54,690 bases of DNA, taken from the IMG/VR virus record IMGVR_UViG_3300037246_000474, positions 1 to 54,690 of that record; one strand, given 5' to 3'. The stretch is from a virus (Duplodnaviria; Caudoviricetes). Of this stretch, positions 27,901 to 37,100 are shown piece by piece (within the stretch, counting starts at the first letter, position 1; the number at the start of each line of letters is the position of its first letter). The notes under the pieces are model-generated. The model searched no databases, was not told the DNA's origin, and saw nothing but the letters and a program-made list of their open reading frames with translations. A program made the translations under genes and the position numbers.

Positions 27901-28662
27901 AGCACCCTTCTTGAATATATCTTTAACAGGAGCTTTGATTAAATTCTTTAATGTGCTTCTGCCTGGAAACCATTTAGAAAGCACTTTGACCTGTACCGCA
28001 TTTGCAATACCTTCCAAGCCACCTTCAACTGCACCTGCTTTCATTGCAGCCTCTTTGATTTCATGACGCACAACAATAGCTTCGGCTTCTGTCATATCTC
28101 CGGAAGCCATCTTCTCCCTGATTAAATCTTCACCCTCTTCTCTTACGGTATCAAATTCTGCCAATCCGAATATAGCACCAGACACTGCACCACCACCTAC
28201 TGCCGCACCGATTGGTCCACCCACGGCACCTGCAAGCATACCTGGAATCGCAGCAGACATACTTGGCATCATTGATCTAACGCCTTGTTGCCACCACCTT
28301 GATACACCTTCCTGAGCTTGATTATCTGGAGAGAGGCTAGGGTGCTTTGCCACAAAATTCTTGATAGAATCTAGTCCAAAGGTAGCGAAGTTCCTTATTG
28401 TCTCATTGCCTCCGAGTGGGTCAACAGCCCTAACTGCTCTCATCCATAATTCTGCAGTATCAACAGCACCACCTGCCAAAGCCTCTGCTGTCTCCATGAT
28501 AAAACCTTTACGGTTTAAAGAGTCATCGTCTTCTGGCTGAGTCCTGCTTCTTTGCGCACCACGGTCATAGTCTCTGCCGAAACTAGCACCATCGAACGAA
28601 TCACCCTGTTCTGTTTTTGCAGTCTGAAAGTCACTAAGAAACTGATCTATTTCGATTGTCAT
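21964..28662 (-). CDS. large polyvalent (probably ejected) virion protein: RadC/JAB + SAM-MTase + LPD38-like C-terminus
   Basis: HNHPSGNAIPSPAD...HVVV; ILDFGSG...NVLNV; C-terminal PFMNARIQG...RDTYWWF...LPKPFEIG. Confidence 0.85.
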   Translation of the reverse strand: MTIEIDQFLSDFQTAKTEQGDSFDGASFGRDYDRGAQRSRTQPEDDDSLNRKGFIMETAEALAGGAVDTAELWMRAVRAVDPLGGNETIRNFATFGLDSIKNFVAKHPSLSPDNQAQEGVSRWWQQGVRSMMPSMSAAIPGMLAGAVGGPIGAAVGGGAVSGAIFGLAEFDTVREEGEDLIREKMASGDMTEAEAIVVRHEIKEAAMKAGAVEGGLEGIANAVQVKVLSKWFPGRSTLKNLIKAPVKDIFKKGAKEAIKTGAKQLALTTPVEVGTEFAQSALENKFRRDVGLTDMNSWSAGMDALGPAFVTNLLFFGMGKSANAAQRWGIRHALEDAKASPQKRMKAVKDIAKIVRGMEDVNADAIANKMEAVGLSYVASGMKMNINNDLGMETMLTQYKKELQDGKISNISSVKLQMALQKEMDRENLPLQQRIPAFQMMQGISTINKEQKAIDFLRSEEEKNKETKEATAPDMLDANAESAVNKEVKVEKTIKVEKEEKPKKEEKKPVKKKKVKVTEKAQKKLINVGRDAVVPDATKNAEREAELKKAKAIKPEPGVAVIPDDDDIPTEEVVAKKTTTEDVAKAKAELPEGKPTKETKEKFFKKLTKQSKEPTVDKTETVPEPTGTTEPVPKKEVKAQDKISKEQERQVRKELTDPELFPDEKKDLEKILVDAGLPLEVAKKEAVVEPEPEKAEGISMTGLEPRNANAKLKKGEAPYTESEKQDAVLSKQIFKAIAGFNTSSAKKKAAAQADYKQAVAERNDLRKKVLSESIKSDVATKKAEKKDVVAVKAKAEKKKVRKKKVEKKIVEKHPELKSDIVNLEIAADALMSTENIIKGNGISPKMMKQGKIEVSGMKAETAEDIAVISQVFRNPQYETFRIIYTRLGHIVGHEARTSRLPGSVSVFIDDQRTEIDNINAKQLHLKADKVWFVHNHPSGNAIPSPADRKFTKQMAAVIPAVAGHVVVDSGEYAHITPTGHARVKAIKTDDAILKPSVPNRLLGREMSNIDAVIKYGKELQHQEGFMTLTFMSANTDIRGIVDVPVKQLMGKDTDQLRKDIRDLAVMFGSVQATLALDTSLNPEAGSSSPDALISLIRDGMIVDAILYKEDQTVSIRRMFSVKSKKKNRKKFLGGDIQTTLGEDTKPFSDEAIAIANKTNVDHLVKDDEPRVATRLTMEFTEDKDASILDFGSGKAAKQTKILERQGYTNVTAYDFGTNVVEGLHDTKALDKQYDVVQAGNVLNVQSNEEMLRGTLNQISSATASGGFAIMNYPATPRKMKPSELSPSEMESRIKDAFIYVRKVGTNTWVASNGIESSVEEEKSAFEEEGGRVRKITDKDFTDNPHVDRATQEVFNKKLSPRVEGITIKERLDEWKKNWWLKLQQGAIDQFASLRKLDDKLWKLAQITTSASGAVEALLTMGGIKLTEGVPDLIDAKGGKGLFNVIKPLGEELELWLGWIAGNRAEDLLVHNKEKNLSEDEIKLLKGLTKGKMKDGRSRRSVYRDVWTEFSKLHQSVLDVAQETGTIGTKERESWREGYYLPFFRLIEDREKNQTAGPKTLGGIANQNAFKELKGKDVPIADMLTNIILNWNHLVGASLKNQVAVKSLHKAITMKIEGGQPVAERINVDIDVVETESGQFKVVDALSGKDRGSYDTFEAAQERQEELTRMIEERLAKKSTNAVFVREDGKKVWYEVNEPNIYQALTNLNFEGFNSRPMKALRSFKRLLTLGVTSSPDFKVRNLFRDTVGSAATSKISLNLIGNVFGSGRRATQKSSESFMRMMAGGGNIQFGHMYGTDPEKVQAQLNRNLRKEGILDNKTGWDKFKNASAKGLDAWNEFGSRWENLNRAALFEQTLDKEGFLEANFEARDLLDFNRHGAWPAVRFLIDTVPFMNARIQGLSKLGRSMTKEQGARLALVSGGVAMASMALYLAYKDDDEFKEREEWDRDTYWWFKIPFTDYTFRLPKPFEIGVIGTLAERTLEQIVDDKVHGALFAERLKFALTQTFSFDIAPQAVKPVLELMANKNFFTQRPIETLAMENLSPTERRKAWTSETAILMSQGFSHIPWDKVQLSPVQIEHLVNGYTGWLGGFVLGGVDMLTQRAGGFPNKPSFRIEDYSLIGSFVGETPSRQTKYSSIFYEGLKEMNQTYADVRNYRTLGETEKALNYARKHKDKLRFRKLANKIQKNVATLTKRVRLTRLDKNMSAQEKRAKIDRLTVMKNKLLKMAVEKIKL

Positions 28663-29645
28663 TATTGCATTATCCCTAAGATTGTTTTAACTTGGTCAGG
28701 CTCAAACTGTGAAGCAAGTTTTCCCAAAACTTCACCTGACATTCCATCACCGTTATTACCGGAAATAAGATTTTGTATTTGCTCTTGTATACTTGCCATC
28801 AATCCTTCATTATCACCACCACTTGCACTCAAATCTTCAAGTACCCCTGACAGTGCTTTGATTCTTTCTGTCTTTGCTTTGGCATCAACACGCCTACCCT
28901 TTGCTCCTGCGGCCTGCTGAATACCCTTTGCTTTTCTGCTCTGAAACTCTTTACTTGTAAACAACTTTGCTAAATCGGCAGCACTTCCGAATAACTCATT
29001 AATGCCTCGCTCACTGAACACACTAGCACCCTTGCCCTTGGTAAATTCCCCTATGCCAAGTTTCTTGCGTTGCTGTTCTGATATCTCGCTACCTGCGCCT
29101 GCAGCTATCTCTTTGCGTCTTGCAGCCGTAAGGCGTTTACCCTTAGTCACGGTTAATTTTGCAGTTCCCTTGTCAACCCCACTAGACTCTACTACCTTAC
29201 CCCTTGAAGTGCCACCAATTTCCTTTATACTGGCAGGCCTGTCATCTATAATATCATGTCTGATTGGCTTATCTAAACTAAACCCCTTGGCAAACCCTGC
29301 ACGTTGAGGACCTTTAGCACCTGCAATGGTTATACCTTTCTTGGCTTTACTTATTGTCTGTATTTGTCCAGCTATATCTGTCGGGTCTGACTGTGCGATT
29401 CTATCTCTTGATAAAAATGCACCAACCCTTTTCCTTCCTGCGCCTGGAACGCCAGTGCCACCTGCGATATCTACACCAAACCCATCACCTGCTCCACCTG
29501 TTTGAACACGTCTGTTGGTAGTGAGGTTCTTGCCATCACCAGAAGCTCCCACTCTTGTAAGTGGTTGACTGCCCAAGTCTGCAGTCTGTACCCTATTAGT
29601 ACCACCTGCAAATCTCTTCTTCTTATCCGATTCATTCAATGCCAT
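28662..29645 (-). CDS. putative internal virion/ejection protein
   Basis: G/A/K-rich; lies between tail genes and the polyvalent protein. Confidence 0.6.
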   Translation of the reverse strand: MALNESDKKKRFAGGTNRVQTADLGSQPLTRVGASGDGKNLTTNRRVQTGGAGDGFGVDIAGGTGVPGAGRKRVGAFLSRDRIAQSDPTDIAGQIQTISKAKKGITIAGAKGPQRAGFAKGFSLDKPIRHDIIDDRPASIKEIGGTSRGKVVESSGVDKGTAKLTVTKGKRLTAARRKEIAAGAGSEISEQQRKKLGIGEFTKGKGASVFSERGINELFGSAADLAKLFTSKEFQSRKAKGIQQAAGAKGRRVDAKAKTERIKALSGVLEDLSASGGDNEGLMASIQEQIQNLISGNNGDGMSGEVLGKLASQFEPDQVKTILGIMQ

Positions 29646-29656
29646 ACTATATCTCC

Positions 29657-31504
29657 TTATGATTCTACTGTTTCAATTGAAGTACCCTGACCACCTAATT
29701 GTAGCATACCTTGTATTGCACTTGCAACCATACCTGCCATCGCAGATGTTGCGGATGCTGCTGAGGATGCTGCGTTAACTCGCATCTCATTTGCCTGTAA
29801 TGTTGCTTGTAGATTTGCTTTTGCACCTTCTAGGGACATAGCGGCATTTGCTTGAGTTAAAGCTGCTGATCTGATCTGAGTCTGTACGTTTAAGTCTGCA
29901 TTAGCCGTGGCATTTTTTATTAGTGTATCAAATACTCCGCTTTCTGTCCTGTATAAATTTGCTTCGACATTCATCTCTGCTATACCTTGGGCTGATTTAG
30001 CCTTGTATGTTTCAACAGTTGCAAGGTGAGCCTTGAGATTTAATTCTTCTTCTGAAATATCAGCATTGATTTGAGCAATAACAACATCATTGGAAACCTT
30101 TACCGCATTTACACGTGTTGCATATGCTTCAACCTCTGTCTTATGGATGTTTATCTTTGCTGATTCTCCTTCAATCTGAGCAAGATATAGCTCGTACTGG
30201 CTTTTCTGTGAGCTTATCTCGGCAACATATCCATCTATTTGCGCCTTGAATATCTCAGACTTCGCCCTCTCGATGTTCAACTGCGCTACAACCGCACCTA
30301 TTTCAGCTTCGTATAGAGCAATACTCACTGTATGCTTTGACAGAATGGCATTGTAATTTGCGATCTTTGCGTTATCTATCTTCACACCTGCCTCAACACC
30401 GTTGATTTCTGCAAGATACTGGCTCAAGACAAGCTCTTGTATCTTAAGCATGATCTCGGCTTCGATTGCCTTGGATTTATATGTCTCAAGCTCCAGATTA
30501 TACTTAGTAACCTTCGAGTTGAATAGATCGACACTGAACTGGACAACTGCTTTCTCTGCCTCTAATGCTCTATTGGCAATATTATTCGCATGATTAAGCT
30601 CAATTTGCTCAAGGTCCAGTCCTGTTGACAGGAAGAACTTTGACATATCAAATGCCATTTCAGCTTCTTTAATCATGACATCTCTTGAATTCTGCGATCT
30701 CTTATTCGTGAATTCCTTAAGTACCTCATTGACCTGTTGTGCAACCATACCTGCAGGTAGATCGAATCCACGTCCTGCGAATTTATTAAGTACCTCTTCA
30801 ACGTCATCATCCTTCTGTTGAGCAAGCCTCTCTATGTCCTTGTTCCAGATCGCTGTTTGGACAGTCGCACCTAATCCAGTACCGCCATATGTCACACCAT
30901 TAAGCAGGTTAGCCGCTATGGCTGTTTTTAATGCAGAGACATATGTAGGCTCCACATATGCAAACGTAATTTCTGGAAGACTGATATCCATTGTCGGCAG
31001 TACCTCACCCCATGCAGGTAGTGATATATTTGGTATGTTTGGTACCGTTCTATCTACAGTCAAATCTGTTGGTAGTGTTATTGATGGTGCATCTGGCAAA
31101 GCTCCAGGCAAATCAATCTCCAATGCACTCGGTTTTACCAATGTAGTTAGCACTGGTGTTGTTGGGAAATTGATATCAGGCGAAACAAAACCTTCTTGCG
31201 GAGCAGACTGCATAGCTCTTTCCTGAATAGACGCAGTGAAGTCTCCTGGCACTGAACCTATTGCCGATTTAATCGCTGAAAGGGATGGTGCCGTAGGACC
31301 CGTTCCGCTAATCTGAGGAATATTAATGCCTATATGTGGTGCCGTGAAATAAAGAGATGGTGCAGGTTGCGCTGCAGCCATTGCCATTTGGTTTATTGCA
31401 TCGAAAGCCATCTTGATAGCATCTCCAGACCTACGTTCTGCCGAATCAATTTGTTGGGTCACATAGTTTTTTGTCGTTACTACATCTGCTGCCACATTGC
31501 TCAT
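29657..31504 (-). CDS. putative ejection/internal virion protein
   Basis: Pro-rich linker followed by a long Ala-rich coiled coil. Confidence 0.65.
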   Translation of the reverse strand: MSNVAADVVTTKNYVTQQIDSAERRSGDAIKMAFDAINQMAMAAAQPAPSLYFTAPHIGINIPQISGTGPTAPSLSAIKSAIGSVPGDFTASIQERAMQSAPQEGFVSPDINFPTTPVLTTLVKPSALEIDLPGALPDAPSITLPTDLTVDRTVPNIPNISLPAWGEVLPTMDISLPEITFAYVEPTYVSALKTAIAANLLNGVTYGGTGLGATVQTAIWNKDIERLAQQKDDDVEEVLNKFAGRGFDLPAGMVAQQVNEVLKEFTNKRSQNSRDVMIKEAEMAFDMSKFFLSTGLDLEQIELNHANNIANRALEAEKAVVQFSVDLFNSKVTKYNLELETYKSKAIEAEIMLKIQELVLSQYLAEINGVEAGVKIDNAKIANYNAILSKHTVSIALYEAEIGAVVAQLNIERAKSEIFKAQIDGYVAEISSQKSQYELYLAQIEGESAKINIHKTEVEAYATRVNAVKVSNDVVIAQINADISEEELNLKAHLATVETYKAKSAQGIAEMNVEANLYRTESGVFDTLIKNATANADLNVQTQIRSAALTQANAAMSLEGAKANLQATLQANEMRVNAASSAASATSAMAGMVASAIQGMLQLGGQGTSIETVES

Positions 31505-31507
31505 TGC

Positions 31508-32056
31508 TTATCTCCTTTTCGAAACTATAGGTTCTAACATGATTGTTAGTTTGTCAATCTCCAACTGTGAGCCTATTATATTCTGTATTTTAAAGTCAAA
31601 GAATCTGTTTCTGATTCCTTTCTCAAACTTGACTCTTCTCTCATTGATACCGCTTAATCCTGAATGGTACGGTAGTGTGTACGTCCTTGTTGCTTTCTTG
31701 TCGGCTGTTGTTACCAACTGGATATTACCGTCTGTCTGGTAGTTTATCCAAGCGTTTACCAACCTGTTCTTATTGTTCGTATGTATATCAATTCTGCCAG
31801 TTTTAATATGAGCTTTGATAGCATAGTCATCAATTCCTGCATTATCAGTGTCGGAAGTATCAGCTGCATAGATGCCGTTCTGGTCTGCAATGAGGTACTC
31901 CCCATTGAATTCGGTCATACTATTAAAGCCGTACCCGACATATTCTGTTACTGCAAAATTCTTTGTGTTCATCACAATGCATTCTGGTGCTGAACCTTTA
32001 TATGCCCTTGATAGCACTGTTAATGCGCCAGTGGTAACATCTCCATTCACCGCCAT
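31508..32056 (-). CDS. tail structural protein (nozzle C-terminal-like)
   Basis: beta-rich; ERRVKFEKGIRNRFFDFKI ending typical of podovirus nozzle C-termini. Confidence 0.55.
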   Translation of the reverse strand: MAVNGDVTTGALTVLSRAYKGSAPECIVMNTKNFAVTEYVGYGFNSMTEFNGEYLIADQNGIYAADTSDTDNAGIDDYAIKAHIKTGRIDIHTNNKNRLVNAWINYQTDGNIQLVTTADKKATRTYTLPYHSGLSGINERRVKFEKGIRNRFFDFKIQNIIGSQLEIDKLTIMLEPIVSKRR

Positions 32057-32701
32057 CTATTCTCCTTTATATAATCCATGCATTGCCCTTGCAACCTCAT
32101 GTAGTTCGAGATCGTTGAAGTGCATACATCGATAGTCATAGTGAGCAAAGATTAAAAATCCCTGCTTAGTTGCTCTCTCGCAAAATGCGATGTCATTACC
32201 TTTGTCAACAGTGCCGTCAACATTATATGTTCTTTGGAACGGAGCTTTTCTCATTTCTGGATGCTCGAAAACTCTACGTGCATAAAGCACACACCCTGTC
32301 CCTACTGCATCTACTCTTTGTAATCCCTTTTTATCTGGCCATTCTGTATAAGCACCTTCTTCTGGTACTGCCTTGTATGCATTCTCGTATATTGGACGCT
32401 CACCTTTCACCTTATCTGTAAAGTGCCACACTGGAGTAGGTAGCCCTATTATATCAAGATTGAATATCACCAAGTCTAACGGGTTGCTCATTGGTGGATT
32501 GTCTGAGTCTATGTTCAACCAGAAATCATATTCACCTGCCATAAACTCGTTCACTATATGATGTAAATTATTTTCATATGGATTGTGAGTTGGATAAATG
32601 ATCGTACTTTTATATCTTTGGTCTGTAAGTATCCTGTTTGTTGCCAAGCTTACTAATTTGTGTACATATCCTGTGTTCGGTACTGTAACGAGTATTTTCA
32701 T
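32057..32701 (-). CDS. GT-A fold (GT2-like) glycosyltransferase
   Basis: KILVTVP, LNIDSD (DxD), VDAVGTGCVL, NDIAFC; start ATG 32701. Confidence 0.8.
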   Translation of the reverse strand: MKILVTVPNTGYVHKLVSLATNRILTDQRYKSTIIYPTHNPYENNLHHIVNEFMAGEYDFWLNIDSDNPPMSNPLDLVIFNLDIIGLPTPVWHFTDKVKGERPIYENAYKAVPEEGAYTEWPDKKGLQRVDAVGTGCVLYARRVFEHPEMRKAPFQRTYNVDGTVDKGNDIAFCERATKQGFLIFAHYDYRCMHFNDLELHEVARAMHGLYKGE

Positions 32702-32720
32702 TTTATTCCCCAATAAAATA

Positions 32721-32768
32721 TGGTGGGGGAAAGAGTGGGATTAACTACCTCCAAACACTCAATCCCCC
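32721..32768 (-). ncRNA. CCA-terminated stem-loop
   Basis: GGGGGA...GAGTG...CACTC...TCCCCC-ACCA. Confidence 0.4.
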
Positions 32769-32774
32769 GATTAA

Positions 32775-33323
32775 TTAAACAACTGCTTTTCTGTCCAACA
32801 TGTTAACTCCGGATTTTACTTTCTTGTCAACCCAAAGCTTGTTGTGATTCTTCCTGATACCCCTTGTTTCAGTTGTAACATCGATAGCGTCTGCCTTTTC
32901 AGGGACAGCCAGTCCGAGTGCTTCCTTCTGAGTGATAGCATCAAGAACATCTGTATCAACGTGTTCTGCAGCTTCGTGTGCATGAGCCTTGTCATTATAG
33001 AATGCTTCAAACTCGGCTGATGTTAGCTCTGTAATATCCGCAGGAAACAATGCAAGTGCTTCATCTGCAAAAGCTGCCTCAACTGCTATAACGCAACACT
33101 GCTGACCGAACGGAGTATCACCCTCTTCTTTGTGGCCACAATCCTTGTCATACTGCATTCCGATACCAAAGGCATCGATGTAAGAACACCAGTCCATGCC
33201 TTTCCTTGCCACGTTACTCACTTTGTTGAACTCAGGGTACTTTGCATGTCCTATCTTGTTACCACCCTTGTCTACTGTGTGTATTCCTGCGTGGAACTTT
33301 AGTGCTACCAAATCTCTTGCCAT
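32775..33323 (-). CDS. hypothetical (tail-associated) protein
   Basis: AAGGAG SD; 182 aa. Confidence 0.75.
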   Translation of the reverse strand: MARDLVALKFHAGIHTVDKGGNKIGHAKYPEFNKVSNVARKGMDWCSYIDAFGIGMQYDKDCGHKEEGDTPFGQQCCVIAVEAAFADEALALFPADITELTSAEFEAFYNDKAHAHEAAEHVDTDVLDAITQKEALGLAVPEKADAIDVTTETRGIRKNHNKLWVDKKVKSGVNMLDRKAVV

Positions 33324-33347
33324 CTTTTTTCTCCTTGTTAAAAAAAA

Positions 33348-34142
33348 CTATCGGATTAAATCGTCTCTAAATATTCCCCACCAATCTATAGATGCAACCC
33401 CACTAGAGGTTTCAATCCACGCACTGGCCTTTACTATTGAAAATGCAGGTACCAACGCATGTAACGGCACTGGACCCGTTGTATTTTTGTTTACATAAGC
33501 TGACCCCTTGAAACAGAAAACCCCCGGAAGTAATTCGCCATGCATATCAGTAGATCGTATCCTGATAACACAGTTCTTAGAGTTGACTTCTCCACCATGC
33601 CACCCCATAAGAAGTAATTTCTTTCCTCTTGGCACCATTCTATGTGGTACTAATGATTTGTTACCACCTGCGGCAACCATATTATAGACAAGGGTTGGGT
33701 CACCTTTCTTGTAAACCCTTACATGTCCTTGGCAAACTCCATTCGAACCTACCGTGACTGAGTGCATGTCTTGGATAAATATTATATTAGTAGCTACGGT
33801 ATCTACTCCTGTTTGTCCGTTCATTGTAACGACTTCATATCGCACATCTCCATGGGAATCAATGTACTCTATTTCCATGGTTAACACACCAGTTGCGGTT
33901 GCACCATTATCAGCATCACTTTCACTGATAAGTGTCATTTGCTCTCCGTCTCTTGATGGAGTTGGTATGGTCGTATGTGATGCCACCGTGTTCGGAGTCA
34001 CAGATAGCTCATTGCCTCTCCATATATCTTCTCCCGTAACAGTGGTACCCATGCCTGATCTTTCACCCATGGCATTGACGAGTACATGACCAGGAATCTT
34101 TCCTGCTTGTAGATCAATCATCCAACTATTTTCTAAAAACAT
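33348..34142 (-). CDS. putative virion structural protein
   Basis: AAGGAG SD; beta-rich composition; tail context. Confidence 0.7.
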   Translation of the reverse strand: MFLENSWMIDLQAGKIPGHVLVNAMGERSGMGTTVTGEDIWRGNELSVTPNTVASHTTIPTPSRDGEQMTLISESDADNGATATGVLTMEIEYIDSHGDVRYEVVTMNGQTGVDTVATNIIFIQDMHSVTVGSNGVCQGHVRVYKKGDPTLVYNMVAAGGNKSLVPHRMVPRGKKLLLMGWHGGEVNSKNCVIRIRSTDMHGELLPGVFCFKGSAYVNKNTTGPVPLHALVPAFSIVKASAWIETSSGVASIDWWGIFRDDLIR

Positions 34143-34153
34143 CTTGGTTCTCC

Positions 34154-37100
34154 TTAAATAAACCTATTGGTATAAACATCAGCATATGCGTCAAGTGTAA
34201 GCATGAACAGTGACTGTGCCACCGTACCATTCGGATTCGCAAATGCACTGGTCGTTAGAGATAGAACTGGAAGTGTAATATTGGCATTTCCATTTTCACC
34301 CTTAAACGCATGGGCATTGATATCGAGCATAGGAAGCGTTCTATTGCCTCCTGACAACGATACTATACCCTGCAGTCCAGTTATATTAAAGCTAAATTGT
34401 GGTAGTGAATTAGTGAATGTCGCAATGTTCTCTTGATCTGCTTTAACATTTATGACCATTCTTGGCAAGCTCTTACTGAACGTACCGACAAATCCATTCT
34501 CACCAGATGCAGTTATTGCGAATCGTGGTAGTGTCAAATCTACTGGATGTCCACTGAACGCATTCAGCGTCATCATCGGCATACTTATATCTAAGTTCTC
34601 AACACTTCCTTGTTCGCCTACCGTGTAGAACGTAAACCTTGGTAGTGTTATATCAATAGTACCACGTGGCATATCTGCTTTAGCCGAAACTGTGATTACA
34701 GGAAGATTAAGATCGCCCTCATTAACGATAGGGTCACCTGCCACAACTGTAAGTATCGGAATAGTAATGGTTCCAATGTTTCCAGTTTGAGTAGATGATG
34801 ATTGTATTCCAAGTATTGGAAACGAGATCGTAGCCGTTGCAGGTGCTAAATCATTAGCGGCTATTGTCATGACAGGAAGTGCAACTACGCCTGACGTTGC
34901 AGATGGAGTACCTGTCGATGCTACTTCTAACAATGGTAAGCTGATCTCACCTGTGGCACCACTGCCTCCTTGAACCAACAGTATAGGCAAGTCTATAGCA
35001 CTATCACCTGTATTATTAGGGTCAAATTCTGCAGGTGCCGTTGCGTCTACACTTAATATTGGTAAATCAAATGCACCATCGCCTGGTGTGTCATTTTCAG
35101 TATTAAGTCTCGCAGTTACGGCATTTGTATCAATACCAAGAGGGTGAATGTCAATCCCACCAACATATTCACTTGTTTTAATCGTAGAAGTAAACTGACC
35201 AGACTGTTGGAAAAGTTTGTCACTGGTGAACCCTACCCATAGAGTGTTTGTTCCATCCCATGATATACCATTGGGGGAAATGTCTGTCGCACCGATATAT
35301 TCACTTGTCTTAAGAGTACTTGCGAATTGTCCTGATTGAAGGTATAGTTTGTCTGCCGAATTTCCACACCATGGAGTGTTGGTTCCATCATAGCTTATCC
35401 CTGTAGGAGCGACATCTACTCCTGCTACAGCCCTACTTGTCTTAAGAGTACTTGTGAATTGCCCTGATGTAAGATAGAGCTTATCGCCACTTTGCCCTAC
35501 CCATGGAGTATCTGTTCCGTCCCAAGAAATATCATTAGTACCTATCTCTATTGCAGCTACATCTTCACTTGTTTTTAGCGTTGAAGTAAACTGCCCTGAT
35601 TGTAGGTAGAGCTTGTGTGCTTCGTCACCCATCCATGGAGTGTTGGTTCCGTCCCATGAGATACCTGTGGGAACACCATCTATTGTCGTGACAAGTTCAC
35701 TTGTCTTAACCGTAGATGTAAACCGACCAGATTGCAGGTATAGTTTGTCAGCCTCAATACCACACCAAGGTGTATCTATTGCATCAGGTGTGAAGCCAGT
35801 TAGTATTGGTAAATCAATCGCAACGCTACCTGAGTTGTCGGGATTAATTGGTACCCTGGCATCAAAGTCATTTGTATCCAAATCCTTAAGAACCGTGTCT
35901 ATGGACTGCACCGACTGACTGGTCTTCACGGTGGTTGTTACTTGACCAGACATAACAAATAGTTTATCTTGGAAATCCAAAGCGGCTAACGTGTCTGTAC
36001 CAGTATAACTAACACCGCTCACATCATTACGAAATGCACTGGACTTCGTGGTTGAAGAAAACTGGCCAGACATTATGTATATCTTATCGCCTGCCATACC
36101 ACACCATGGAGTGTTGGTTCCGTCCCATGAGATACCTGTGGGAATAACGTCAATTGAGCTAACATCTTCACTGGTCTTAATGGTAGACGTAAATTGCCCA
36201 GATGTTAAATATGCTTTCTTAGCTTCGCTGCCTATCCATGGCGTATTAAACCTGTCCCATGTTATACCAGTAGGCGAGATGTCAATTGAGCTAACAGCTT
36301 CACTGGTCTTAAGAGTAGAAGTATATTGCCCAGACTGGAGGTATAGTCTCTCACCGTTCACACCACAGTACGGAGTATTTGTTCCGTCCCACGCTATGCC
36401 TTGAGCGTTAAGTTCAATACCACTAATAGACTGACTAAATCTTAGTGTAGACGAGAATTGACCAGACGTTAAGTATAGCTTGTCTGATGTTATACCTACC
36501 CATGGCGTATCTGTTATAGAGAATACAAAAAGGTCAAGTCTTGCGGCTAAATCGCTTGTGTCAACACCAGTTGGTACCGTTTCAACTCCACCTACAGATT
36601 CACTTGTCTTTATGGTAGACGTAAACTGACCTGATGTGATGTATAGTTTATCACCACCTGCTCCTGTCCATAGAGTATCGGTTCCCGTGTACGAGATACC
36701 TTGTGGTGAGTCATCAATAGCATTAACATATTCACTCGTCTTTAAGGTGCTTGTGAACTGGCCGCTTTGTAAATACAGCTTATCATCTGTGTAACCACAG
36801 TATGGAGTATTCGTTCCGTCATAACTAATTCCATCAAGACCTGACTCTATGGCAGATACACTTTGACTTGTCTTTACGGTACTTGTGAACTGACCAGATT
36901 GGAGGTATAACTTCGAGGTTAAGCTACCTGCCCATGGAGTGTTGGTTCCGTCCCATGAAATATCTAATGGAGTAATATCTTCTGATGAAATATCTTGTGA
37001 TGATTTCAAGGTAGAGGTGAACTGACCAGACTGGAGAAAGAGTTTATCAGTCGGACTCTTACCTACCCATGGAGTATTGGTTAAGTCATAAGTTACGCCT

